From the NCBI GenBank assembly GCA_963836075.1, contig CAWIIB010000009.1, positions 2,848,001 through 2,912,000 of the forward strand: DNA of 64,000 nt, in the 5' to 3' direction. The notes beneath the pieces are model-generated. The model made no database searches and was not told the DNA's origin. It saw only the letters and a list, made by a program, of their open reading frames with translations. Both the position numbers and the translations under genes were made by a program. Positions 1 to 9,644 of this stretch are shown here, one piece after another. The stretch comes from an uncultured Acidobacteriota bacterium. Its GTDB lineage: Bacteria > Acidobacteriota > JAQAZP01. The stretch's first letter is position 1. Every line of letters starts with the position of its first letter.

Positions 1-510
1 ACTGATTTTCTGGCCAACGGCAGTGGTCTCGATCTTTCCCGGGTGGCGGCCCTGGTTTTCGAGTTCGGTACCCCTTTCGGCTCCAACCGGGGACGAATCG
101 GCCTGGACGATCTGCAGTTCACCGGCATACAGGCTGAGGCGGATACCATCGCCGCCGAGTTCAGCTGTTCGCCTTCCAGCGGCACCGTGCCCTTCAGCAC
201 GGTGATGACCGCCACCCTGGACAACCTCTACACCGGCCAGACCCGGCAGATCGCCGGCCGGATCAATGTCTCCCTGGCCGGCGGCAGCTACTTCGGCGGT
301 TGGCGCGCCGGGTTCACCAACGTCGCCGCCGGCGGCAGTTTCGGCTCAACATGGGCCCAGGCCATTCCGGCCCTGGGGTCGGTGATCGGCACCAACACCT
401 TCGAACTGCTGGCCGAGGACGTGACCCCGGCGCCGTTCAATCAGCCGCCCTATCCGCCGGCTGGAGACCAGGTCACTGACACGTGCAGCCTGGTGGCGAA
501 CGCACCGTAA
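1..510 (+). CDS. 3' part of a (probably secreted) protein with a ~120-aa C-terminal beta-rich domain; 5' end lies outside the window
   Basis: Frame 1 is open from base 1 (TDFLANGSGLDLSRVAALVFEFG...GRIGLDDLQF) to TAA at 510, with GC3-rich codon usage. It ends in ...DVTPAPFNQPPYPPAGDQVTDTCSLVANAP. Confidence 0.7.
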   Translation, partial: TDFLANGSGLDLSRVAALVFEFGTPFGSNRGRIGLDDLQFTGIQAEADTIAAEFSCSPSSGTVPFSTVMTATLDNLYTGQTRQIAGRINVSLAGGSYFGGWRAGFTNVAAGGSFGSTWAQAIPALGSVIGTNTFELLAEDVTPAPFNQPPYPPAGDQVTDTCSLVANAP

Positions 511-568
511 GCGGGGATCATCCCGCCCACGGCGCGGCGGCCGCAGTGCACGCGAGTTCTGATCCTCC

Positions 569-3500
569 TCACTTCACCGGGAACGCCGGTGGAACCAGTT
601 CCGGCGGCGGAGACTGCTCCAGCTGCTCGAGGATCACCTCGATGGCTTTCTCCAGCTGCGGGTCACGGCCGGCCAGCAGATCCTCCGGGCGGTTCTCCAC
701 ATGGATGTCGGGGAGCGCCCCGCGGTTCTCCACCACCCACTCGCCCCGCAGGTTGGCGAACCCCACGTTGGCCTGGGTCACCAGGCCGCCGTCGGTGAGC
801 GGGATCATGTTGATGATGCCGATCAGCCCGCCCCAGGTGGGGACGCCGATCACCGTGCCCAGCCTCTTCTCCCTGAAGTGGTCGGTGAACACCTCGCCGT
901 CCGAGCCGGTACCCTCGTCGCAGAGCACCACGATGGGGCCGGGGTGCACACCGTGGGGGTAGTGCATCGGCTCGAACTCCCGGGTCTTGCTGAGGTAGGT
1001 CAGGTGGCGTTCCAGCTTGTCGATGATGAACCAGGAGACAAAGCCGCCGCCATTGTCCCGCACGTCGATGATCAGCCCGTCACGGTACCGTTCGGCCCGG
1101 AAGCCCTGCTCGAACTGCTGCAGCCCCTCCTCGTCCATGTCGGTGAGGTGGATGTAGCCCACCCGGCCATCGGTTTTCTCCTTCACGGTCTGGTAGTTGC
1201 CTTCCACCCAGTGGTAGTAGCGGAGGTAGCCCTCGCCGTACATCGCTTCGATGGTCACCGTCCGGGTGCCCTCCCCGTCCGGGCTCTCGGCCACGGTCAG
1301 TTCCACTTCCCGCTGCACCTTGTCCTCCAGCAGGCGCCAGGGGTTGTCGCCGGCGGTGAGGTCCTGCCCGTCGATGGCCAGCAGCCACATGCCGTCGGTG
1401 ACCCGGACCAGCGGTTCGGCCAGCGGGTTCCTCCCCTCCTCCAGCCAGCTGGGGCCGCTGAACACTTTTTCGATCCGCCAGCGGCCGGCTTCCGGGTCCG
1501 GCGCCAGGTCGGCGCCCAGCATACCCACCCGCACCCGGTCGTAGCCCGGTTCCCCGCTCCCGCCGCCGATGATGTACTCGTGGGAGGCGGTGAGCTCGCC
1601 CAGTAGGTGGCCGATGATGTAGTTCATGTCCCCCCGGGTGGCGACGTGGGGGATCAGCGGCGCGTATTTCTCCCGCAGGTGGGCCCAGTCGCGGCCGTGG
1701 ATCTCCGGGTCGTAGAAGAAGTCGCGGATCTGCCGCCAGACCTCGTTGTAGATCTGGGGATACTCGGCAAAGACCTCCGCCTTCTGGCGCAGGCCGTCCC
1801 AGGGCAGGGCGCCGTCGCCCACCCGGGCCGCCTTGTCCGCATCCACCACGCCGGCGGTGCGGCCGCTCATGTAGCCGGCCTTTGTTCCGTCCCCCGACAA
1901 CTGGTAATGTCCAATGCCGGGGAGGGTCAGCTCCAGTTCCTGGTCCTCGAACCCGAAACGCATCAGGTCCCAGTGGGTCACCCGCCGGGGGGTGAAAAAC
2001 TCCTCGATCCCGGGGAAGCCGAAACTCTCCCGGGCGAGGAAGTGGAGGTGCGTGTCGCTGGCCTTCAGCGCCTTGTACGTACCTGCCTCCACCGGGACGG
2101 TATAGACCCGCTCCTCCAGGTCCACAAAGTCGACCCCCGTCGAAGCGCCCGTCCCGGCCGCCCCGTCCTCGTCCTCCGCCTCTTCTTCCAGTTCTGCCGC
2201 GGCGGAGAAGGGGAGCGGGGTCTGGTCACGGAGCGTCGCCGCCATGACCATGGTCTGGTTGACGTTGAGGTTGTTGTCCATGAAGGAGTCGAGGGCCGGT
2301 TGGAACCCGCGCTGGGAGAGAAAGTAGAGATAGTCCCCCCCGGTGCCGAAGGCCGGGCTGAAGTCGTCGAAGCGATCGTCGGTGACCCGCACCGACACCC
2401 CGGCGGCCGTGTCGTGGATGAAGATGGCGCCGTTGAGGTTGCGGTCCACCTTGACGTAGGCCACCAGCAGGCTGTCCGGCGACCAGCAGTAGTCGCTGAC
2501 CTCCCAGAAGATCTCGTTGTCCTTGAGGGTCGTCCCGCGGTCGATGAGCTTGACCCCCGGCTGCCCCAGCTGGGCCCAGTGGAGGGTGAAGTCCTTGTCC
2601 TGGAAGAGCAGGCGGTTGCTGTCCGGAGACCAGGTCACGTGGTAGTAGAAGGTGCTGGAGCCGTTGGTGATCTGGGTCCATTCGGCCCCCGGTTCCGGTT
2701 CGGTGATGTAGAGTTCGTATTCCCCGGAGCGGTCGGAGTAGAAGGCCACCATCTTCCCGTCAGGGGAGGGTACCGGTGAGATCTCCCGCGACCCGGGGCT
2801 GCGGGTCAGGTTCACCGTCCGTTCCGTCTCCAGGTCCATGAGGTAGATGTCGCCCCGGGCTTCGGCAGCCACCAGGTTCCCCGTGCTGTCGAGGCCGATC
2901 ACCTCCAGGAAGTCCTCCGGTGAATACCAGGCGTCGCGCACCTGCCAGCGGTCGCTGGGGATGGTGATCTCCAGTTTGCGAGATTCTCCGGCGGCGATAT
3001 CGTAGACAAAAAGGTAGCCGGAGCAGCCATAGACGATGCGGTCTCCGCCCAGTGCGGGAAACTCCACGTCCCACTCCCCGTGTTCGGTGAGCCGGGTCAT
3101 TGCGCTGCCCTCCGGAGAACAGCGGTAGAGGTTCATCCGCCCCTCTTCGCGGTCCGAGGCGAAATAGATCCCGCTGGCGTGCCACATGGGAAAGACGTCG
3201 TAGCCCGGCCAGTCGGTGATCCTGGCGAATTTCTTGTTCTCCAGGCCGGCGATCCAGATATCCTGCTGGGCCCCGCCGCGGTAGCCCTTCCAGTTCATGC
3301 GGTCCGAGGCCTGGCGGTTGAGGGCCATGCTTTTCCCGTCGGGTGAGTACCCGGCGTAGCGCACCTTGCCCAGCCCCAGGTTCACCGGGGCCCCGCCGTC
3401 CGCCGGCACGCTGTAGAGTTCGGTGTTCAGCGTCCGCCGGGAGCGGAAAATAACCGAGGCGCCGTCCGGCGTCCAGCCCAGCACCTCGTCGCCTGCGGGG

Positions 3501-3838
3501 TGCCAGGTGAGCCGCTGCGGCACGCCGCCGGCCGCTGGGATGACGTAGACATCCCGCCCCCCGTCGTAGCTGCCGGTGAAGGCGATCCATTCGCCGTCGG
3601 GCGAGAAACGGGCAAAGCGCTCCTCCCCGGGGTGGGTGGTGATCCGCACGGCGCTGCCGCCCTGGCGGCCCACTGTCCAGAGGTCGTCCTCGTAGGTGAA
3701 CACCACCTGGCGGGCACTGATGTGCGGGTCGCGCATCAGCCGTCCTTCCGTGGCCGCTGCGGCCTGGGGGATGGCAAAGCAGAAGATCAGTATGGCGGCG
3801 AACAGAGCCGCGGCGCTGCCGGCGGACTGGCTTCTCAT
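569..3838 (-). CDS. Tricorn-like protease (peptidase S41B) with signal peptide
   Basis: N-terminal signal peptide, PD40/WD40-like propeller repeats (RFSPDGEWIAF, WSPDS), PDZ-like region, DVRDNGGG, catalytic GSDGE, and GVPTWGG...PDIHVEN...DPQLEKAI tail. ATG at 3838 chosen as start. Confidence 0.93.
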   Translation of the reverse strand: MRSQSAGSAAALFAAILIFCFAIPQAAAATEGRLMRDPHISARQVVFTYEDDLWTVGRQGGSAVRITTHPGEERFARFSPDGEWIAFTGSYDGGRDVYVIPAAGGVPQRLTWHPAGDEVLGWTPDGASVIFRSRRTLNTELYSVPADGGAPVNLGLGKVRYAGYSPDGKSMALNRQASDRMNWKGYRGGAQQDIWIAGLENKKFARITDWPGYDVFPMWHASGIYFASDREEGRMNLYRCSPEGSAMTRLTEHGEWDVEFPALGGDRIVYGCSGYLFVYDIAAGESRKLEITIPSDRWQVRDAWYSPEDFLEVIGLDSTGNLVAAEARGDIYLMDLETERTVNLTRSPGSREISPVPSPDGKMVAFYSDRSGEYELYITEPEPGAEWTQITNGSSTFYYHVTWSPDSNRLLFQDKDFTLHWAQLGQPGVKLIDRGTTLKDNEIFWEVSDYCWSPDSLLVAYVKVDRNLNGAIFIHDTAAGVSVRVTDDRFDDFSPAFGTGGDYLYFLSQRGFQPALDSFMDNNLNVNQTMVMAATLRDQTPLPFSAAAELEEEAEDEDGAAGTGASTGVDFVDLEERVYTVPVEAGTYKALKASDTHLHFLARESFGFPGIEEFFTPRRVTHWDLMRFGFEDQELELTLPGIGHYQLSGDGTKAGYMSGRTAGVVDADKAARVGDGALPWDGLRQKAEVFAEYPQIYNEVWRQIRDFFYDPEIHGRDWAHLREKYAPLIPHVATRGDMNYIIGHLLGELTASHEYIIGGGSGEPGYDRVRVGMLGADLAPDPEAGRWRIEKVFSGPSWLEEGRNPLAEPLVRVTDGMWLLAIDGQDLTAGDNPWRLLEDKVQREVELTVAESPDGEGTRTVTIEAMYGEGYLRYYHWVEGNYQTVKEKTDGRVGYIHLTDMDEEGLQQFEQGFRAERYRDGLIIDVRDNGGGFVSWFIIDKLERHLTYLSKTREFEPMHYPHGVHPGPIVVLCDEGTGSDGEVFTDHFREKRLGTVIGVPTWGGLIGIINMIPLTDGGLVTQANVGFANLRGEWVVENRGALPDIHVENRPEDLLAGRDPQLEKAIEVILEQLEQSPPPELVPPAFPVK

Positions 3839-4020
3839 TCTGGCGCTCCTTCCACAATTCAGTTGGAGAATCTCAGTTGGTATCATGGTGGAACCTGACC
3901 GTATCAGGGATCTGCTGAATGATAGTTCCCAACGTTGTCGGAAACAAGAAGTTCCGTTTATGCGTCAACCCCGGTTTCCCGGCCCCGCCGTTTCCGCCCC
4001 ATCCCCTTGTCCGATCCCCC

Positions 4021-4036
4021 TGGCACACATCTTGAA
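4021..4036 (+). promoter_or_regulatory. Possible sigma54 (-24/-12) promoter upstream of radC
   Basis: TGGCAC-ACATC-TTGAA versus consensus TGGCAC-N5-TTGCW; one mismatch in the -12 element. Confidence 0.4.
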
Positions 4037-4051
4037 CCGGGTGATTGGCTG

Positions 4052-4783
4052 ATGAGACGGACATTGCGCGGTTCAAGGCTGGAGAGCCGGGAGGTGCTGG
4101 TGCCGCTGGACAACAGAGGGATGGAAGAGGAGCCGTTGCGCGAACGGGTACGGCGCCTCGGTCCGGACCAGCTGGACGAGGAGGAACTGCTGGCCCTGGT
4201 CCTTGGCGGCGGTGCGCCGCGGTCGGCGGCCCCGTCCACGGCCGGCTGGCTGCTCCGCGAGAGCGGCGGGCTCTCCGGCCTGGCCCGCATGGCCCCGGCC
4301 AGTTTTTTGCGGATGAAGCGTCTCGACCGGCGGTCCGGGGCCCGGCTCTGCGCCGCGCTGGAGTTCTCCCGGCGGCTCAGCGCCCTGGCCGGCAGGGATG
4401 AGGCCCGGGAGCCGATCACCGACCCGGCGGTGGCCGCGGCGCTGCTGCTGCCCCGCCTGGCCCACCGGCGGCGCGAGCACTTCGGCGTCCTGCTGCTGGA
4501 CAGCCGCAACCGTCTCGAGCGCCAGTCGATCATCTCGGTGGGCAGTCTCAACGGCTCGCTGGTCCACCCCCGGGAGGTCTTTCGCGAAGCGCTGATCCAC
4601 GCCGCCGCCTCGCTGATCCTCTTTCACAACCATCCCTCGGGCGATCCCACCCCCAGCCGGGAGGACGTGGCCATCACCGGCCGGCTGCTCTCCGCCGGTT
4701 CGCTGGTGGGTGTCGAGGTGCTGGACCACCTGGTGATCGGCCGGGGGAGATTCACCTCCCTGAAGGAGCAGGGGCTGATGTGA
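4052..4783 (+). CDS. radC: RadC-family JAB/MPN domain protein
   Basis: PLRERV..LG...L...ELLALVL N-terminus; EHFGVLLLD, VHPREVFREA, HNHPSGDPTPSRED, VLDHLVIG. Start uncertain (4052, 4094 or 4121). Confidence 0.93.
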   Translation: MRRTLRGSRLESREVLVPLDNRGMEEEPLRERVRRLGPDQLDEEELLALVLGGGAPRSAAPSTAGWLLRESGGLSGLARMAPASFLRMKRLDRRSGARLCAALEFSRRLSALAGRDEAREPITDPAVAAALLLPRLAHRRREHFGVLLLDSRNRLERQSIISVGSLNGSLVHPREVFREALIHAAASLILFHNHPSGDPTPSREDVAITGRLLSAGSLVGVEVLDHLVIGRGRFTSLKEQGLM

Positions 4784-6074
4784 ATTGCTTCACCGCCCGG
4801 GCCACCGGCGTCAGCAGCAGCGTGTTGCCCAGCACCGAACCGAGCACCATGGCGCCGGTGGCGGCCACGGCTCCGATGATGTCGAACAGTTCCACGGCAA
4901 TGAACAGGGCCGCCACCGTAAACACCACCTGTAGAGTGGTGGACCAGGTGATGGGCGGCGTGCGCTGCGCCTTGACCATCACTGCTCGCTGGTAGGAGAA
5001 GTAGACCGACGCAGCTGGAATGAGCACCATAATCATCGTGGGCACAGCGGAAAAGTCAGCCAGTTCTTTGCTCAGCCCCGAGACTTTTTCGAACCACAGG
5101 CCGGAAAGGGGAGTGAAGGCCACCAGGCCCAGGGCGGCCGTGGCGGTGACGGCCAGGGTCACGGCGAAGCGGCGCACCGCCCGGTTGTGCTCGAACCGGT
5201 CCCCCAGCAGGGCGATGGCCGCCTCCATGAACGAGATCCCCACGGCGCGAAAAAGGAAGACCAGGGCGCCGATCACCGGCATCACCGCGAGAGACTCCAA
5301 AGACATGCGGCTCCGTCCGAGGAAAAAGCTGGTCATGGGATGGACGGTGAGGTAGATGGTGGAGGTGAGGGCCAGCGGGAAGTAGAAGGTCCAGATCTCG
5401 CGGTAGGTGATCGGATCTCCCTCGGGCGTCACCGTTGCGAGCTTGCCGACGATGTTGATGGCCATCAATCGGCTGGCCAGCGCCTCCATCACTACCCCGG
5501 CGGTGAGCGCCGCCGCGCCGACATAGGCGCCGGGCAATGCAAAGCCGAGGTAGAGGATCAGCGCAGTGGCGCTCATCGAGCCCAGCCGGATGACCGTGCC
5601 CAGGGCCACCTTGCGGGTCTGGCCGTCGCGGATCAGCAGCCCCTGGTAGAAGCGGCGGTAGCCGATGGCTGCCGGCCAGGGGAGGAGGATGAACAGGGCG
5701 TGTACCGTCAGCGTTGCCACGTCGTCAGGGACGGTCATCGCCCGGCGCACCAGGTGGTCCATGGCCGGCGACAGCAGTGCGGCGAGCATGAAGAAGGTAA
5801 TGGCCGCGCTGAGGATGTAGGTGAAGGCGCGCAACCGGACGAAGGCCACCCTGTCTTTGGCCAGGGCGGTGGAAGCGCTCATGATCATGATCACCGGTGC
5901 TTCCACCAGGATGGCGATGGCCACGGCGATGCCCCAGGCGGCCAGGTTCGGTTCGGGGTTCGGCAGGCGGGCCACGACAGCCGCCAGGAACGGCGACTCC
6001 ACGCCGATCATCAGCCAGGTCAGGGCCAGCGGGGCCCAGAAGACGAAGATTTTTCTTTGGATCAGCGTCTCCAT
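4752..6074 (-). CDS. MATE/ANKH-like multi-pass membrane transporter
   Basis: About 12 hydrophobic helices in two similar halves (FWAPLALTW... and FYFPLALTS...), typical of the MOP superfamily; N-terminus resembles ANKH-like proteins. Confidence 0.7.
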   Translation of the reverse strand: METLIQRKIFVFWAPLALTWLMIGVESPFLAAVVARLPNPEPNLAAWGIAVAIAILVEAPVIMIMSASTALAKDRVAFVRLRAFTYILSAAITFFMLAALLSPAMDHLVRRAMTVPDDVATLTVHALFILLPWPAAIGYRRFYQGLLIRDGQTRKVALGTVIRLGSMSATALILYLGFALPGAYVGAAALTAGVVMEALASRLMAINIVGKLATVTPEGDPITYREIWTFYFPLALTSTIYLTVHPMTSFFLGRSRMSLESLAVMPVIGALVFLFRAVGISFMEAAIALLGDRFEHNRAVRRFAVTLAVTATAALGLVAFTPLSGLWFEKVSGLSKELADFSAVPTMIMVLIPAASVYFSYQRAVMVKAQRTPPITWSTTLQVVFTVAALFIAVELFDIIGAVAATGAMVLGSVLGNTLLLTPVARAVKQFTSAPAPSGR

Positions 6075-6077
6075 CTC

Positions 6078-7298
6078 TTACGGGATCTCCTCCGGGGAGT
6101 CGGAGGCGGATTCCGCCAGCTGGTTCAGATACCTGGTAACGGCCAGGGTCGAGGAGAGCTTTCCAGCGGCCCGGCCCTTGAGATCCATGGCCGGCAGCGG
6201 GAGGTCATGGGTTCGGACCACGTCCTTCAGGTGTCCGCATTTCCCGCCCCGGGTGTTGCAGTAAGCCTCTTTGAGGAAGAAGCTTTTCTGAACGTTGCCC
6301 ACATTTTCGTCCAGCAGGTCCAGGGCGCTCTTGTTCCAGGTGACCAGGATGTCGCCGGGGGTGATGAAGTTCATCCACCGCCTGGCAAATTCTTGCGGCA
6401 CAACGTTTTTTTTCATGTCATCCCGGCAGAGACCCATGTGCTTCAGGTGGTCATCGGTGAGGGTTGAACCCTCCCGGGGAGTGACGAGCTGATCGAAAAG
6501 AGACCCGTCATCGATCCTCACCGCGGACCAGCGTACCAACTCGCGTTTCTTTCCGTTCCAGGGCACCGATTCCTCGTCCACGATGACCAGGTTCCGGAGG
6601 GGGCCCGCCAGCTCCCGGGGCAGCGAGCGGCGTTCCCTGTTACGGGACCTTGCGGTTCCAGGGCGGCCCGGCCCCGCGGGCCGGGAGCGCGCGCATTCGA
6701 TCTGCCGGTCGATCATCGCCTCGAAGACGTGGATCAGCGATTGGAGGCCGGGGGTCTCTGGTTCGAGGAGCTGAAGGGCCTGGACGATGGCCTCGATGGT
6801 GGAGACGGACTCCGCGTTCGGTTCCTTGCGGATGCGGTAGCGGCTGGGGACCGTGGGGCTGAGACTGTATCGAGGCAGCTCTTTGAGCCAGGGATTGTTC
6901 TTGAACAGCTTGTTTACGTCTGACCAGGTTCCGTCCAGCACCACCAGTTCACGGGGTTTTTGATCCACGGGAACGTCGGCCAGATCCGTGGCCCCGGGGC
7001 CGGGGAAAAGGAGAGCGGAGTGCTCCAGCTGATCGAGTTCGAAGGTGAATCTGCTGTCTTTGTCCGGCCAGACAACCCTGAGTTCCGTGTTCCGCAGCCC
7101 CAGTGAAACGATGCGGGCGGTACCGATGGGGTGGGACCGTTCGCACTTGTGCTGGACGATGACGATTCGGGTCCTGTTGTCCACCGGGACGATTCCATCG
7201 CAGATACAGAAGTCTGCCGCCTTGAAGCAGGTGTAGCAGACGTCCCTGCCCGAAGGATGGGTGGCTTCTGGATTTGTTGCCGGTGTCTGGTTGCTCAT
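6078..7298 (-). CDS. DTW-domain tRNA aminocarboxypropyltransferase (TapT-like) with a C-terminal extension
   Basis: CYTC...CIC Zn motif, IVQHKCE...GTARI, LLFPG, VLDGTW, YRIRKEP...STIEAI; about 190 extra C-terminal residues. Confidence 0.85.
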   Translation of the reverse strand: MSNQTPATNPEATHPSGRDVCYTCFKAADFCICDGIVPVDNRTRIVIVQHKCERSHPIGTARIVSLGLRNTELRVVWPDKDSRFTFELDQLEHSALLFPGPGATDLADVPVDQKPRELVVLDGTWSDVNKLFKNNPWLKELPRYSLSPTVPSRYRIRKEPNAESVSTIEAIVQALQLLEPETPGLQSLIHVFEAMIDRQIECARSRPAGPGRPGTARSRNRERRSLPRELAGPLRNLVIVDEESVPWNGKKRELVRWSAVRIDDGSLFDQLVTPREGSTLTDDHLKHMGLCRDDMKKNVVPQEFARRWMNFITPGDILVTWNKSALDLLDENVGNVQKSFFLKEAYCNTRGGKCGHLKDVVRTHDLPLPAMDLKGRAAGKLSSTLAVTRYLNQLAESASDSPEEIP

Positions 7299-7370
7299 GG
7301 AATCGGTCTAGCTCGTCCTGCCGGAAAGAGGCCCTGGTCAAAAGGAAGGCAGATGATACCACGGCTTATT

Positions 7371-8370
7371 CTACTGGAAGGATCCCGCGGCCACGGTCAC
7401 TCCGTGGTTCCAGCCCACCGGGTAGGCCTGCAGGGAGATATTTTCGGCAACCACGCCGTCCCGATACTCGAAGATCCGGATCACTGAACCCACCGCGGGG
7501 TCGGGCCCGGCGCCCACCACGATCTCGTGCCGGTTGTCACCGTCCAGGTCGGTGCCCGAAGAGATATGCGCACCGAAGCGGGGCAGGGTGGGCGACCAGG
7601 CGATGAAACTGCAGCCGTCGAGCGGGATGACCGATCCACCGTCCACATTCCAGCCGCGGATGTGCGAGGCAAAGGCCACCGAAGGCCCTGGCGCGGTGAG
7701 CAGTTCGTCGATGCCGTCGCGGTCCACGTCTCCGGCGGCCACGTTGACCCCGTATTTCAAGGTGCCGTAGGCAAAAAAGCTGACCCCCGGGATCGGTGCG
7801 ACCGTTTCGCCGTCCACTTTCCAGCCGCGGACGTGGGGCCCGAATACCGACCCCGGGCCGGCGCCGGTGACGATTTCATCGATGCTGTCGCCGTTCAGGT
7901 CGCCGCAGGCCACGTTCACCCCGTATTTCAGCGTGCCGTAGGCGAAGAAGTTGACCTCCGGGACAGGTGTGGCGGTGCCGCCGTCCACGTTCCAGCCCCG
8001 GACATGGGGGCCGAATACCGCCCCCGGGCCGGCGCCGGTGACGATCTCGTCATAGCCGTCGCCGTCCAGGTCTCCGGCGGCCACATTGACGCCGAACTTG
8101 CTGGTGCCGTAGGCCAGGAAGCTCACCCCGGGCAGGGGTGTACCGTCACTTTGCCATCCCCGCACGTGCGGCCCGTAAATCTCGCCCGGCCCGGCGCCGG
8201 TGATGATCGAATCGTTCTCCAGGTCGACGATTCGGCCGCAGCTCACGTTGACCCCCCAGGCATCCGCGCCATAAGCCGGGAACTGTGAGATGGGTGTGGC
8301 GTCCTGGACCGGAAGGAAGATGTTGACCAGCGGGGGATTCTCTTCCGAGGGGCCGGGGCCGGTGACCAGG
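7371..8370 (-). repeat. Coding tandem FG-GAP repeats (~57-aa units), copy 1
   Basis: Repeating unit FxAYGTxKYGVNVAxGDxDGDGxDEIVTGAGPGxVFGPHVRGW. Confidence 0.85.
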
Positions 8371-9503
8371 CGGGGGCCCAGGTCGGGATTGAGATAGTGG
8401 CCGCCCATGTCCACCACCCCCGTGTCGGGCCGGCTGTCCGTCCGGGTCGACCCATCCACCATATCGCCATCCGGATCTCCCGTATCCACGCAGGGGCTGT
8501 CCATGGACTGCCCGGCGGCCACCTGGCTGAGGTAATGCGAGCCCGTGGGGCCCACGGCAAAGACCGGATCGTCCTCGATCATCCCCTCTCCCCGGTTCAG
8601 TGTTCCTGAGTAAATCAACGCACCGTCCTCACCTTCCTCGATACAGGAGTGATGGATGGTGAGAACAGGATCATAGCTGGGACTGTATCCCAGCAATATC
8701 TGGTTTTTGCTGCCGTTCCACCAGTTGTTCCAGAGGATACAGTTGGAGATCAGTGCTTCCCCGTCCCAGATGTGGATTCCCCCTCCGCCATACTCCGCCC
8801 CGCAAGCCTCGATGGTGCAGTTCCTGATCACCGCGGACCCGCCGTAGATGCAGATGCCGCCGCCGGTGCCGCCGGAGCCACAATCGACAATGTAATTGTT
8901 CAGAATGGTGGGTGTCGAATCGAGGGAAAAGATCGCTCCTCCCAGGCTTTGCGAATCGGCTGTTCCACACTGGATAAAGCGGTTACCGGTGATCAGCGGC
9001 GAGGAACCGCCCACGCAGGAGATGCCGCCTCCGCCGATAATTTCGGTTCCGCCGCCGCCGGCGACGAGGTTCTCCAGGAACAGGTTCTGGCGGATGGTGG
9101 GCGATGAGCCCCGGACGAGCACCGTCCCGCCCCAGGGGTTGCTGGAGGTGCAGTCGGTAATGGTGAAACCCTCGAGGACCGAGCCCGGGCCCTCCCCGGA
9201 GTCAAAGCTGAAGGCACGCCAGCCACGGTCGCCGCCCCAGGCGCAGTCGATGGTGCACTCGTCCGCACCGGTTTCGGAGCGCACGGTTATCGCCTTCCCG
9301 CGAAACGAAACCTCCCAGTTCCCGTCGCCTGCATAGTGACCCGGCGCCACCAGCACAGTGTCGCCATCCACGGCCGCATCGATTCCGGCCTGGATGGTGG
9401 GTTGGTCAGCGGGGACGCGGATAGTGGCGGCACTGAGGGGCAGGGATGCCAGCAGCAGGAGGATGAAAGCGAAAGCTGCCAGAGCAGATCGGATGTGGCC
9501 CAT
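7371..9503 (-). CDS. Secreted right-handed beta-helix protein with C-terminal FG-GAP repeat module
   Basis: Signal peptide, ATIRVPADQPTIQAGIDAAVDGDTVLV cap, GGGI/GGAI beta-helix repeats, then GDxDGDGxDEIVTGAGPG repeats. Confidence 0.85.
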   Translation of the reverse strand: MGHIRSALAAFAFILLLLASLPLSAATIRVPADQPTIQAGIDAAVDGDTVLVAPGHYAGDGNWEVSFRGKAITVRSETGADECTIDCAWGGDRGWRAFSFDSGEGPGSVLEGFTITDCTSSNPWGGTVLVRGSSPTIRQNLFLENLVAGGGGTEIIGGGGISCVGGSSPLITGNRFIQCGTADSQSLGGAIFSLDSTPTILNNYIVDCGSGGTGGGICIYGGSAVIRNCTIEACGAEYGGGGIHIWDGEALISNCILWNNWWNGSKNQILLGYSPSYDPVLTIHHSCIEEGEDGALIYSGTLNRGEGMIEDDPVFAVGPTGSHYLSQVAAGQSMDSPCVDTGDPDGDMVDGSTRTDSRPDTGVVDMGGHYLNPDLGPRLVTGPGPSEENPPLVNIFLPVQDATPISQFPAYGADAWGVNVSCGRIVDLENDSIITGAGPGEIYGPHVRGWQSDGTPLPGVSFLAYGTSKFGVNVAAGDLDGDGYDEIVTGAGPGAVFGPHVRGWNVDGGTATPVPEVNFFAYGTLKYGVNVACGDLNGDSIDEIVTGAGPGSVFGPHVRGWKVDGETVAPIPGVSFFAYGTLKYGVNVAAGDVDRDGIDELLTAPGPSVAFASHIRGWNVDGGSVIPLDGCSFIAWSPTLPRFGAHISSGTDLDGDNRHEIVVGAGPDPAVGSVIRIFEYRDGVVAENISLQAYPVGWNHGVTVAAGSFQ

Positions 9504-9644
9504 TGCTCAGCCTCATGGTTTGAGAGAACCGGGAGAGACTCCAGGACAACTATACGTCAATTGCAGGCATTGTCCATGAAATTACTACGCGTTGGCGGGC
9601 CCGGATGAAGGGACTCTTCATGCCGTGGCGGGTTGGCTGTCAGG

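Noticed and set aside
4052-4783. radC as a marker of a mobile element
   Set aside because: It is the full-length chromosomal type; no integrase, transposase or att site is seen nearby.
7371-8370. Regularly spaced DNA repeats resembling a CRISPR array (also 18361-19355)
   Set aside because: They are degenerate, in-frame coding FG-GAP repeats with ~170-bp period; no cas genes and no unique spacers.
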